From Chiloscyllium plagiosum (Eukaryota): DNA of 64,000 nucleotides. The stretch lies in the NCBI RefSeq assembly GCF_004010195.1, contig NC_057749.1, positions 23,604,999 to 23,668,998 of the forward strand. The letters are read 5' to 3'. Both the position numbers and the translations under genes were made by a program. The notes below the pieces were generated by a model, which was not told the DNA's origin, ran no database searches, and saw only the letters and a list, made by a program, of their open reading frames with translations. Shown here one piece after another: positions 13,851 through 26,059 of the stretch (position 1 is the stretch's first letter; every line of letters begins with the position of its first letter).

Positions 13851-14151
13851 TTTTTGGATGAAAAGGAAGTGTACAGATTTCATTACATGTGCACATGATA
13901 CATGTAAAAATGGACATCTAAGTTTGGCTAATGGCTGTAAATGCACCATTGGCTGTGCTCAGACTATTCTGCAGATTAAACCTGTGATTTCTCCCTATAA
14001 GAGTTCTCAAATCTCCAGAAAGCGCTGGGTTATAGCCTCGGGGCAAGATTTGTAATATAGGTTAGGTGGCAAGGGCTGAGAAGTAGAAAAGGAGAAAGGT
14101 GATGTCAAATTAAATGCGCACTATTTATCCATAATGTTCAAATAAACTTAC

Positions 14152-14258
14152 CATTTACTGGCATTTTTATGAAGAGGTACATTGGGCTTATATTTTCTGT
14201 AAGGAGCGTTTCTAACCATATAGTCCACAGATTCCAACAGATCTATAATACTGAGATA
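14152..14258 (-). CDS. VPS13C: VPS13C coding exon (exon 14 equivalent)
   Basis: YLSIIDLLESVDYMVRNAPYRKYKPNVPLHKNASK(W); 107 bp; cag/gtaag. Confidence 0.97.
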
Positions 14259-15248
14259 CTGGAAACATAAACAATTGTCAGTCCGCACATATATAGAGTC
14301 TGTCTGTATTTCAAATTCACTCTCACAGCGTTGATCAGAGAGACAAATTTATATCATAATATTTTAGTAAAGCCACAATTTGGCATTGAGATTGACCTAT
14401 AAAAAAGTTAGTTGCCTAGAAAATCCTGGACTTGGAAATCAGAGAATAAAAAGTGATCAAATTAATTGTGTTAATTCATGTTCAAGATCTTTGCACATTC
14501 CTTAAAATGTGGAGTCCAGTACTGATCAGAATATGCTCAAGGTGGGGCCAAATCAATGATTCTGAACTGGGTGGTTAGGTCATTCTTACACAAATCCTGA
14601 ATGCCAGACTAAGCAGAAGAACAGTCGAACTTCTGCCAATTACCTTTTCAGTCAGCGTGGTGTGCAAGAATGAAAACTGAAGAAATATTTTAAGTAACTT
14701 GCAGTAATGAGAATGTATGAAAAACATCAGCACTTTACTTCATCCTCCAACTTAAAAGTAACATGAAAGCAGAGAAAGATGATATGATGCAGATTTTTAA
14801 GTCTATTAAAGACACAGATCAATTAACATTTTGTTTAGTTAAAAATCACAGCACCGGGTTATAGTCCAACAGGTTTATTTCAAAGTACGAGCTTTCACAG
14901 CACTGATCCTTCATCAGGTAGCTAAGGAGTTGGATCATAAGACAGAATTTAGAGCAAAAGATGAAAGTGTCATGCAACGGAAATGATATATTGAACAAAC
15001 CCATATTGCTGTTAAGTCTTTCATCTTTTAGAAAGAGTTACAGGTTTCGGTTCATTGATATGTATATCTCAGAACTTCTTTCAAGTCACATTCTCAAGCT
15101 ACTTAAGGTTTCACAAAAAAAAGGGACATCGCAGCTCAGACAATGCATTAAAGGAGTGAGGTTAGAGTCTGTCTGTATCCCAATCTAGAGGCAGACTGGT
15201 TGTATTTCCAAAGTGGGAATTTATAAAATGTTACATGGATTGACTACA

Positions 15249-15373
15249 TGTAGGCTCCCAAGCACTGAGGATGTCACCTAGACAGGGGACAAAACGTCTG
15301 CAACACAAATTCCCAGCTCGGCGAACAGAACCACAACAACGAGCAACCGAGCTACAAATCTTCTCACAAACTT
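15249..15373 (+). mobile_element. Short PLE-type element, family C, with 13 bp TSD and a mutated hammerhead motif
   Basis: TSD tggattgactaca at 15236-15248 and 15374-15386; contains gca-CTGAGGA-tgtcacctagacaggggac-aAA-ACGT-C-tgc. Confidence 0.75.
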
Positions 15374-15452
15374 TGGATTGACTACAGATTGTGAGTTTTT
15401 GAACGAAATATAACATATCCACAAGTAAAATTCTGCAAACGCAACTTCATCC

Positions 15453-15795
15453 AAGGAGAGGGAGGGAGGAAGGAGAGGGAGGGAGGGAGGAAGGAGAGGG
15501 AGGGAGGGAGGAAGAAGGAAGGAGAGAGAAGAAGGAAGGAGAGAGAAGAAGGAAGGAGAGAGAAGAAGGAAGGAGAGAGAAGAAGGAAGGAGAGAGAAGA
15601 AGGAAGGAGAGAGAAGAAGGAAGGAGAGAGAAGAAGGAAGGAGAGAGAAGAAGGAAGGAGAGAGAAGAAGGAAGGAGAGAGAAGAAGGAAGGAGAGAGAA
15701 GAAGGAAGGAGAGAGAAGAAGGAAGGAGAGAGAAGAAGGAAGGAGAGAGAAGAAGGAAGGAGAGAGAAGAAGGAGAGAGAAGGAGAGGGAGAAAA
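15453..15795 (+). repeat. 343 bp pure-purine tract including 15 perfect copies of a 17-mer (gaagaaggaaggagaga, 15511-15765)
   Basis: Read directly; no pyrimidine between 15453 and 15795. Confidence 0.97.
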
Positions 15796-16656
15796 TGGAT
15801 GAGAGATAAACATTGGGAATGCATGTGACAGTGTGTGCTTGATCGAGTATGTAAGAGAGTCTGACCGAATATTCAGCCTGAGAGAGGGTGTCTTCATTGG
15901 TTTGATAGTGTGTGCGTGTGCGGCCAGGGAGAGGGATCGAGGTGGGGTGGGTGAACCAGGGAGAGAGCGCGAGAGAGAATATGGATGCGCAGAGGTTTTA
16001 TTTTCCCCAGGAGTTAACTTTCAGAATGGAATTTCAGAAGAAGCAATGAAGCCTGATTGGTGACTGTCCGTCAAGACGGAATTAGGAAGAAAATAATCAG
16101 GGTAGCTGCAAGGCCTAGACAAATCATTCTGCAAAATAACAAGTGCAAATACATCTGGGACCTTGTCACATTTTCATGTATATACTTCTGATGACGAGTC
16201 TGGATCGCCTTTTTTGAGCTCCTGGAATCATGTTAGAAGTGGGGACAAAGGGTATTGAAGTTATTACATTCGGCTGCAACTAGCCAAGGAGGATGGAGGC
16301 AAGCACATATAGATCTGGCACTTTTTGTGATATCATACCATGGTTATAGGTGCATTTACATTATAGCAGTGTTAACATATACTTGCATATTACATTACAT
16401 ATAATACATAATTTTTGCGTAACTATATTATTAAAGCAGGACTGTATGATTCCATTAGAGCACTGCTATCACAGTCCTTCATGTCAAGTTACATTTGAAA
16501 AATCACAATGGCAACTCTTAGGAAAATAACTTTTTTGTTACATGCAGTCTCAATTGATTTCTCAATTTTTCAGCATCTTCCATCTTGCTTTTCAAGTTCC
16601 CAGAAAACTTTGGTGGAAATGTCAAACAGCAGCAAAGCTGATGAACACAATCTTAC

Positions 16657-16784
16657 CTGCGGTTTTGTCATTTCTATGTCAATGCTCTGTACTTCCATGT
16701 CCAGATTTATTTTGGGTGAATTCAATTCAGCTTCAGCAGAAGGATTGATGCAAAGTTTTGCAGACGCCGATATAGGCTTAAAAA
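16657..16784 (-). CDS. VPS13C: VPS13C coding exon (exon 13 equivalent)
   Basis: (I)FKPISASAKLCINPSAEAELNSPKINLDMEVQSIDIEMTKPQ; 128 bp; aag/gtaag. Confidence 0.96.
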
Positions 16785-19087
16785 CTTTAACACAAAACAC
16801 AACACTCAGTATTACTATCTACTTAGATGCATTGTTTTTAAGTAAAATGAACTGACTTTGACTTAAAAGCAATTTCTTCATTTAATGTTTCAGCTTTCAA
16901 TTTTAGAAATCCTACATGGACAGATTCAATTGTATAATAAAGCCCATTTTCCTACAGTGTATTTGAGATTACTGTGTGTCACTGTACTTGTCATGTGAAA
17001 TGACAAGAGAAATTCAAATTCAAACTCAAATAATCAAAACTAAAGTTATTTCTGTCCTTTGAATGAGCTTCTCAAATTGCAATTGGGACCTAAATAGAAA
17101 GTATAAAGACCAGTCTAAGCATTTGTTTATATTGGTTCTGCATGTGTCCTGCACTATGTCTTAAATACCACTTCAACGGATATTATTGCAAGCAAGAATT
17201 TTTTTAAAATTGTAATTGAACAAAGTGTGTCCAGGTCGACCACTCTTCCAGATACATGGAAAAATCACAACAGTCCTATGCTTTAAAGAGAACAATCCCA
17301 ACTTCTCTAGTCTCTCCACATTAATAGCTCTGATCCTTGGGACCATTTCAATAAATCTGCTCAGCACATCTTGACATTGAGCCTGAAGTGTGGCGCCCAG
17401 AAACGAACAGAATATTTCAATTAGGAAGAAACTAGTAAATCATAAATGTTTCGCGTAATTCCTTGCCTTTGTACTCTGTACTTACATTTGTAAAATCTCC
17501 ATGGGTTCCTTATGCAAAATTTAACCAGCCCCATACAATCCAGACCTCTTAACTCCAAAGTATTGCTGTACCACTTGGTTCATATTTTCTCTCCTCAGTC
17601 AAATATATCCCATTTAAAGAAACGTACAAAGGCTCTTTTGGAAGCACCTTTCAAACCTATGATCTCTAGCACCTAGAGGACAGAAGCAGCAGTTGCACAG
17701 GTTCACCAGCACCTGCAAGTTCTTCTGCATGCCACACACCATCCTGACTTGAAAGGATATTCATTCCCGCACTGTCACTGTCAAAATCCTAGAATGCACA
17801 GCATGGACTGCAGCTGTTTCAAGGCAGCAGCTCAATAACTACCTTCTCAAGTGTAATTACATACAGTAACAGATGCTGGTCTAGCCAGCAATCCTCACAT
17901 TTGGGGACTTTTTTTTTTAAAAATGTATTGCTTTATAATTCTCTACATCAAATTTCATCTGCCAGGTCCATCCCATTTTAGCAATGTCTCTCTCTTCCTG
18001 AAATCTAACTAGCTTCCTCATGGTTTCCTACATTTCCAAGTTCCATGTAATCTGCAATGTTTGAAATAAAGCTCTCTATGCTCCAATTCATATCATTACT
18101 ATTATTTATCTACATGCATCAAATTCAATGGTACAGACACGGATTCGCAAGACAAGTGCGATTTGATCAGTTATCTTAGAAAATTCTCATTTGTCAGCCT
18201 TAACTACTACCTCAGCAATATCCCCTTCTCCAACTTATTCCCTGTGGACTCAAATTGAAATTTAACTCCACCACGTTTCAGACTCTCACACAATTTAAGT
18301 AATACCAAAATATTCAGTATTTCTCAAACTGCTGTGTCCACCACATTAATCCATATATCATGTCCTGGTGATAAATCATCCTATGATTTAACAAAAATGT
18401 TTTTTTCTTCTTTCCAGGTGAGATGAATCATAAACTTTAAAAATTCTTGGATACCAATACCCATCCGTTAATTCAATCTCAACCTTTACCATTATTCACA
18501 ATACCCTCTGCATTTTCCCTCTCTGAACATATACAATCTGCCTTTAGCTTCATTTCCTCATGGATTTCTCAATTAATTTCAACCTCAGCATGATAATGAG
18601 CACTTAGGCCTTCATCTTTACTTCTGCAACCACTCCTTTGGCCTGCAGTCTATTCCTGACTCATGAATCCTTTCACATGTTCCTCAGTATTCTTCCACCA
18701 TCCTCTAGCCCTTTATCCTCCCTAAATCCTTCCACTCTCTTTACTAACAATACAATCAGTACAAAAATAAGTTCAAAGGATACAGGGAGTCTGCAAAGGC
18801 ACACAGATGATGCAAGTGACTGGGCAAAAATATGTGCGTGGAGTACGGTGCTGGGATTATCCACTTTGGTAGATAAAATAGAAACAGTTATTTAAATGGA
18901 GGGGAGGTAGAATGATGTGATACGGAGGTGCTTGGGAGTTCTTAAATGTGAATCACAAGAAGTTACTATGTTGGAGAGGCAAATGTTAAATTGGTCCTTA
19001 TTGGAAAATAGACAGATTAGCATATTAGGAAAGTCAACACACAACTATTCAGGGCACTGGCAAGACTGAGCCTTAAGTACTGTACAT

Positions 19088-19230
19088 AGTCGAAGAGTGT
19101 GGAGCTGGAAAAGTACAGCCGGTCAGGCAGCATCCTAGGAGCAGGAAAATCGATGTTTCGAGCACAAGGAATGAGGGGGTGGCCCAAGTGAGCTGAGAGA
19201 TAAACGGGAGGGAGGTGGGGCTGGGGGGAA
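19088..19230 (-). mobile_element. PLE family A fragment inserted in an old plus-strand CR1 relic (~18750-19330)
   Basis: Imperfect TSD tactgtacat/tactgtatat; gctggaaaagtacagccggtcaggcagcatcc motif. Confidence 0.75.
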
Positions 19231-19714
19231 TACTGTATATTGTTCTGGTTTCCTTACTTAAGGAGGGATTCACTTGTATTGGAAGCAATCCAAAGATGGT
19301 TGACTTGACTGACTAGAGAGGCTGAGGGAATTTTCTTGGGAAAAGAAAGTTGAAATTTAGATCTTCGACATGTCAGTTAACACTAAGGAGGCTTGACAGT
19401 CTGCTTTTCCTTCAGCATACAAATCCAAATTTCAATAAGGTAACTCGCATCACCACTACCTTCTCAGAGCAGTTCTGGATGGGCAACAAATACTGACATT
19501 TTTAGAAACATCTACACTCCAAGAATGAATTTTTAAAAAATAGTTGAGTGGAATTTCACAGTTCCTGCATATACAAAACAAATGAAATAAGAAGCCTTTC
19601 AAAAACAAAGAGTTCCAGTCTCAACTGCAATAGGGTTTTACATTTTTGTAAACATATTCTACAAGTACTCAAGTAGGAACAGGCGACAGTAACTAATGCA
19701 ATGATAACACTTAC

Positions 19715-19772
19715 TGTAATCATGACTTTTGGGTTCATTAGCACTTGAAGCTATCCCTTCTTTTAGCTGCAA
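19715..19772 (-). CDS. VPS13C: VPS13C coding exon (exon 12 equivalent)
   Basis: LQLKEGIASSANEPKSHDY(I); 58 bp; tag/gtaag; phase fits both neighbours. Confidence 0.9.
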
Positions 19773-20159
19773 CTATTAGACAAAAATCAAGATTATAATG
19801 ATGAAGCAGTTAGAGAAACAAAAAAAATTTAAACAATACTGCCCAATTTGTGATCAATATATTTTCCTGAAATATCTGTAAAATGGAGGTCTGCTCAAGG
19901 AGTGAGATACTCGATTTAAATGTCACACAGTCATAAAATATTGCTTACAGCATGGCAAAATGCTCCATGAAGAACAATGGGGCATTTTTAGAGATTTACC
20001 AGTGCTACCTAAATACAAGCTAGCATGACATTTGCTCAAACGTGATGTATGCAGTAATATATTACCTAAAAGACACCAAATCTGAGGGGAGTCCATTTAC
20101 TATAGGCAAGTATCCATTTCGCCTGGACAATATTTATCTGCTTTTTTTTTAAATACAGG

Positions 20160-20365
20160 AGAGATAGCGGCCTAGTGGTAAATCAGGGATGAGGACTTGT
20201 TCAAATCCCACCACAACAGCTGGTGAAATTTAAATTCAAGTACTAAAATCTGGAATTGAAAGATAGTTTCATGGTCAATAAAAACCCATCTGGCCCACTG
20301 ATGTCCTTTAAGGAAGGAAATCTATCATCTTTATCTGGTCTGTCCCATGTGAGACTCAGATCCTT
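20160..20365 (+). mobile_element. tRNA-derived SINE (second family), degraded
   Basis: A-box-like ggcctagtggt and B-box-like gttcaaatcc; homologous to 62875-63205. Confidence 0.6.
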
Positions 20366-20639
20366 CCTTAATTAAAAGCAAGAAAAATAAAATGCACCTA
20401 ACTCACTTTCTACAACCAATGAAAAAGGAGTTATATTCTCTTCCATCCCTTTAAAATTAGCCTATTATCAGTCTAGTGGCTCGTAGAGTTATCACAGCAC
20501 ATGTACCATTTACAAAATACAATGATTTGTAACTGGAGACAGAAATGCACAGAAATCTAGAAGATCATTCCATTGATATATATCAGGCAAACCAAATTCA
20601 ATGTAATTGCAATAAGATATACATAAGCGTTGTGAATGA

Positions 20640-21545
20640 GATTATAGGGGACATGGTAAGTTTGAAGAGGATACCAAAATTGGTGATATAGTGGACAGTG
20701 AAGGTTATCGAAGAATGCAAAGGGATCTTGAACAACTGGGCCAACAGGCCTAGGAATGGTAGATGGAATTTAATTTAGATAAGAGTGAGGTGTTGCATTT
20801 TGGAAAGACAAACCAGGGCAGGACTTATACAATTAATGGCAGAGTTGTCAAACAGAGAGATCCAGGGATTCAGGTACAGAGATCCTTGAAAGTGGTGTCA
20901 CAGTTAGATAGGGTGGTGAAGGCATTTGGCATGCCTGTCTTCTTTGGTCACAGCACCGAATACAGGAGTTGGGACATGACGTCACAAGACATTGGTAAAA
21001 TCAAATGTGGAGTACTGCATACAATTCAGGACGCCTTGCTAGAGGAAGGATGTTATTAAACTGGAATGGGTAAAAAATGATTCACAAGTATGTTCCAGAG
21101 ACTGCAGGATTTGGGTTATAAGGAGAGGCTGGAAAGGTTGGGACTTCTTTCCCTTGAGCATAGGAGGCTGAGGAGTGACCTCAGACATTTATAAAATCAT
21201 GAAGGGCATAGATAAAGTGAATAGCCAAGGTCTTTTCCCCAGGGTAGGGGAGTCCAAAACTGAACATCATAGGTTTAAGGCAAGGGGAGAAAAATTTTAA
21301 AAGGGACCTGTAGGGCAACTTTTGCCTCACAGAGGGTGGTACGTGTATAGAACGAGCTGCCAAAACAAATGGCAGGAGTACAATTACCACAGTTTTTAAA
21401 AAAAACACTTGGACAGCTACATGGATAGGAAACGTTTAGAAGGAGACTGGCCAAACACCGGCAAATGGTTACACTTCAGTTGAGGAAACCTGGTCAGCAT
21501 GGAGGAGTTGGGATGAAGGGTCTGTTTACATGCTGTTTGACTCAG
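20640..21545 (+). mobile_element. CR1/HER1-type LINE 3' fragment
   Basis: MEFNLDKSEVLHFGKTNQGRTYTING RT C-terminal motif and 3' UTR. Confidence 0.85.
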
Positions 21546-21553
21546 TAATTTGT

Positions 21554-21893
21554 GGGCGGCACGGTGGCACAGTGGTTAGCACTGCTGCCTCACAGCGCCT
21601 GAGACCCGGGTTCACTTCCCGCCTCAGGCGACTGACTGTGTGGAGTTTGCCCGTTCTCCCCGTGTCTGCGTGGGTTTCCTCCGGGTGCTCCGGTTTCCTC
21701 CCACAGTCACAAAGATGTGCAGGGTCAGGTGAATTGGCCATGCTAAATTGCCCATAGTGTTAGGTAACGGGTAAATGTAGGGGTATGGGTGGGTTTCGCT
21801 TCGGCGGGTCGGTGGGGACTTGTTGGGCCGAAGGGCCTGTTTCCACACTGTAATGTAATCTAATCTAATCTAATGTAATCTAATCTAAAAAAA
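21554..21893 (+). mobile_element. HE1-type V-SINE, full length
   Basis: tRNA head (tggcacagtggttagc, gggttcacttcc), V-domain (gtgtggagtttgc..ttctccccgtgtctgcgtgggtttcctccgggtgctccggtttcctcccaca), LINE-like tail gggccgaagggcctgtttcc and (taatc)n end. Confidence 0.9.
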
Positions 21894-22447
21894 TAACAAG
21901 ATGGGCAGAAATATCAATACGCAGGTTAATGCAGATTCATTAATAAAGCAATGTAGTGAGAGAAAGGCAAAACAAATTCATTGTTTACTAAAGCAAATAG
22001 GGCAGTGTGCAACTACAACAAGGAAACCGAAGTAACTCTGAGGAAGTATCGGAAAAGATACAGCATAAATTCCAGATGTAATTTGTACTCGTGCTTTGCA
22101 CGGACAGACAATCAGATCTGGAACACTGGTTACATTTCTGGTCACTGTAACCCCAAGCATTGGCAGCAACATGAAAAAAGGTAGCCAAACCGATACCTTA
22201 CTGAACACATCTGAACAAAGAGAAGTTGAAGAAACTGGAATTGCCATTTCTGAAGGCAGCTCAGATGATTTTTCAACAAATATTTCCCTGGCTTTCATCT
22301 CTGAGGAATGGCAGCAAGATGTTTCATGGGTCAAAGGAAGGAAATGAAGGAAAGTACAAAATCTCATATGGGATTGTGCCATGACAATTCACAAATGAAA
22401 CTATTATAAACACTCAATTCTTCCAAGTCAGTGACACAAATACATAC

Positions 22448-22528
22448 CAAGATTTGCTCCCTCGTGTTTTTGCACAACAGCAAGCTGTTCACATTCCAAT
22501 AAGCACAAAGGCAATCTAAGCGGACAAG
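22448..22528 (-). CDS. VPS13C: VPS13C coding exon (exon 11 equivalent)
   Basis: LVRLDCLCAYWNVNSLLLCKNTREQIL; 81 bp; cag/gtatg. Confidence 0.96.
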
Positions 22529-23429
22529 CTGAAGAACAAACAGCTGTGATTACTCCCAAAGTAAAACAGCTTTGAAGTTAAATTCACAAAAAAAATTCAA
22601 GGATTACATCATCACGATTGCAAGCAATCAATATTTTATAATCACAACACGAGTGACCTTACATCCCCATTTAAATACGTGAACAATTTTGGTCAAACAA
22701 GGTTTGTAGCATTACTCCAAAACACTTTGTAAACATCTCTTCAACCCCACCTGGCTCATTGCCGAAGGCAGTGACTCGAACTACTGTCATGTTCAGGGAA
22801 TCATTAGTATAAGAGGCTACCATTTGGGTCATTTGCCTGTGCCATTGTAACATCAGAGAAGCTATTATCTTACATTTAAAAAAAGTACAGATCTTCAAAG
22901 TCTGAGGGAAACAAATCATGTTTATGTTCAAATCAGGTATCTGTGGAGTTTTCATGATAGACGAAGCATCAATTCAGTTTATTTTTGCTTGGTGTGCTGT
23001 TTCAATCCTACTTTTCCTGCACTTTCTTCATTTCACCTTCAAGTTGCCATGCAATTCCATTCAAGATGTGGTCAGTTTATATTTGACAAACAGTGTTGTA
23101 CTGACCCTCTCATACCAAAAATGTTCCCTTCATTTTTCCAAGTGATAATCTTCAGCCTTTCCTCTATTTGTTCACAGTCAAAAAGTGTGGCGCTGGAAAG
23201 GCAACATTGGAGGAAGAGTCGACGTGTTGAGCATTAGCGCTTCATCAGGAGGGCTTACCAACCAGTGGAAACAATCTTTCATTCTTACTCTTCCAAAACC
23301 TTGTATGATCGTGTTTTCAGGATCACAGCACCCTTATTAACCTTTTATGTTTTGAGAGATAAGTGACACTGCCCAGAACCTTTATTCACACCGATATCCT
23401 TACTTCCAAATTATTTTCCTGATTCACAC

Positions 23430-25330
23430 AAGATAAAGGAGCAGACTAAGGCCAATCAACACTGTTCCACCATTCAATCATGGCTGATATGTTTCTAAAC
23501 CCCATTCTCCTGCCTTGATCCCCTCACTCATAATGATCCTATCTCTGTCTTAAATGCATTCCATGACTTAGCCTCCACAGCCTTCCATAACAATGAGTTC
23601 TATAGATTCACCATCCTCTGGCTGAAGAAATTCCTCCTCATCTCAGGTCTAAAAGGCTGTCCCTTAATTCTGAAGCTGTGCCTTCAGGTCGTAGTTTCTC
23701 TTACTAGTGAAAGCACCTTTTCCACTTCCACTCTTTAGATTTGCAGAATTCTGCAAGTTCCAATCAGATTCCCCCTGCTTATACTTTTAAGCTCCATTGA
23801 GGACAGGCCCAAAGTTCTCAACGACACCTGATATGACAAAGTTCTTCATCCCCAGGAGGATTTTTTTCAACCTCCTCTGAACCGCCCTCCAAGACCAGCA
23901 CATTCTTCCTCAGATTCAGGAGGGAAAACTGCTCACACTCTTCCAAATGTTGTCTGACCAGACCTTTATAAAGTCTCAGAAGTTCATCTTGTATTCTAGC
24001 CCTCTTGAAATGATTGCTAACATAGGAGTTGGGAAGCCAAATACAAACTGAACCTACACGTTAACAGAATCCTGAACTAGGATTCGCAAGCCCCTCTGCA
24101 CTTCCGATTTCCAAAGCCTTTCTCCATTTAAAAATAGTTTATACCTCTATTCTTCCTACAAAGAGCATAACCTCAATTTCCCACATTGCATTCCATCTGC
24201 CATTTCTTTGCCGACTCTCCTAGCCTGTTGATTCTGCAGCTTTCCCGCTTCTTCAACACCATCTGTCCCTCCACCCTCCTTTGTTGCATCTGCAAACTTA
24301 GCAACAATGCGCTCAGTTCCTTTATCCAGATCATTCAGAGTCTCAGAGTCATAGAGATGTACAGCAAGGAAACACACTCTTCAGTCCAAAGCATCCTCGC
24401 CAACCAGATATCCTAACCTAATCTAGTCCCATTTGCCAGCACTTGGCCCGTATCCCTTGAAACCCTTTCTATTCATATAACTGTCCAGATGTCTTTTAAA
24501 ACGTTGTAATTGTACAAGCCACCACCACTTCCTCTGACAGCCCATTCCATAATGCACTAACTCTTGCATGAAAAAGTTGCCCCTTAGGTCTCTTAAATTC
24601 CCCCCCCCCCCCCCAACCCTCTATGTATAACATTAATAGTTGTGGTCCAAACACTGACCCCTGCAGAACTCCACTAGCCATTGGCTGTCAACCTGAAAGA
24701 GACACCTTTATCCCCACCCTCTGCCTTCTGCTAGTCAGCCAATCCTCTAGCCAAGCCAGTATCTTGCCCCTAACACAATGGGCTCTTCTTTAGCAGCCTC
24801 CTGTATAGCATCTTGTCAAAGGTTTTCTAGATATCCAAGTAGATCATGTTCACTGACTCTTCTTTGTCAAACTAGTTCATTATCTCCTCAAAGAATTCTA
24901 ACAGATTTGTCAGGCCTGACCTCCCCTTGAAGAAGCTATGCTAATTCAGCCCTTTTTTACCATGCACTTCCAAGTACTCTGTAATCTCATCCTTATAACA
25001 GACTCCAAACCTTTACTAACAAGAGGGGTCAGGCTAACAAGCCGACAATTTCTCTTCTGAAGCAGGGGCTTACATTTGCGATATTCTAGTCCTCTGGGGC
25101 CCTCCGACTCCAGCGATTCCTGAAAGATCACCACCAGTGCCTTCACAATCTCCTCAGCTCCCTCTTTCAGAAGCAGGGTGTAGTCCATCCAGCCTGGGTG
25201 ATTTGTTACTCAAACCTTGCAGCTTCCCCACTATCATCTCCTTAGTCATGGCCGCCACATTGACCTCTAATCCCTGATCTTGGAGGTTCGGGTATGCCAC
25301 TGGAGTCTTCCGCTGTGAAGACTGATTCAA
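23430..25330 (-). mobile_element. CR1 LINE fragment with a nested CR1 3' end (~24336-24600)
   Basis: SGVLQGSVFGPQL, KFADATK and RLVSLTPLVSKGLES motifs. Confidence 0.85.
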
Positions 25331-25571
25331 AAACAAAAAGTTCCAAAACAACTTCAAGCCAAAGCACCAGCTGTTCCAACTACTCTCGATTTCTGTCTAC
25401 TGGTCACCTATGAATGCGTGCAGTTTTTTTTTTAAATGGTATAAACCAAATATAAAGTATTCTGAACAAGCCCAATAACACTAGTAAATATCACATGCAT
25501 ACATCCAGAATAATCCCAGAACTGATCAACTTTAAATGGAAAAAGCTTGATGCATCTACTGTGACAAATAC

Positions 25572-25631
25572 CTTATAGATGATTTTTGCAGTGTCGCTCA
25601 AAATACATGGTGTCCAGTTTTCATCTGCTGT
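25572..25631 (-). CDS. VPS13C: VPS13C coding exon (exon 10 equivalent)
   Basis: TADENWTPCILSDTAKIIYK, cf. human TANEHWTPCILNEADKIIYK; 60 bp; tag/gtatt. Confidence 0.96.
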
Positions 25632-26059
25632 CTAGAAACAAAAGTTTGATTAACATAATGTGGTCTTTTCAAAAGCTATTTGCACTGCTATAGATATTTT
25701 CTAATCAACCTGTTTAGAAACGTTATTCCGCACCTGTGGAGTGGTGGGATTTGAACCTGTACCTTTGAGTTCAGAGACAAGGATATTACCATTACTCCAA
25801 AGAGCACCTCACCCCAACCATTTGAACAGCTACATATTTGTTTGATTTTGATGTTTGAATTTTAAGTACTTTTCAAGCGACAGTAGAGTCAACATAAGAG
25901 GGGACGTAAGTAAAGCAGCAGTCACTCTCTTGGTCTATTCCATTACAGGTTTAGAGTAAGAAATGAACTGTGGCATGCACATGATGGACCAATGACTGCC
26001 TTTTCTGCTGTAGTATTCCAACAATTGAGAAATTATTGGAAAAATTAGCTCTTCAACTA

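Larger units (their letters stand above)
14838..15990 (-). mobile_element. PLE family B pseudo-LTR relic hosting a nested insertion and a minisatellite
   Basis: Begins agttaaaaatcacagcaccgggttatagtccaacagg, homologous to 31981, 45270 and 58030; right boundary approximate. Confidence 0.75.

Noticed and set aside
15382..15897. 171 aa and 125 aa Ser/Leu/Phe/Pro-rich ORFs
   Set aside because: Translation of the 17-mer minisatellite; no stops only because the strand is pure pyrimidine.
16188..16230. ctgatga motif as another hammerhead
   Set aside because: No stem II closed by GAAA and no downstream NUH/stem I.
21526..21848. Recurrent short ORFs (CGRKPEHPEETHADTG type; also 28339, 33465, 56792, 60433) and tRNA-like heads
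   Set aside because: HE1 SINE copies; neither proteins nor real tRNA genes.
22671..22955. 94 aa ORF or possible intronic snoRNA in unique sequence
   Set aside because: No recognisable protein family, convincing splice sites, or C/D or H/ACA architecture.
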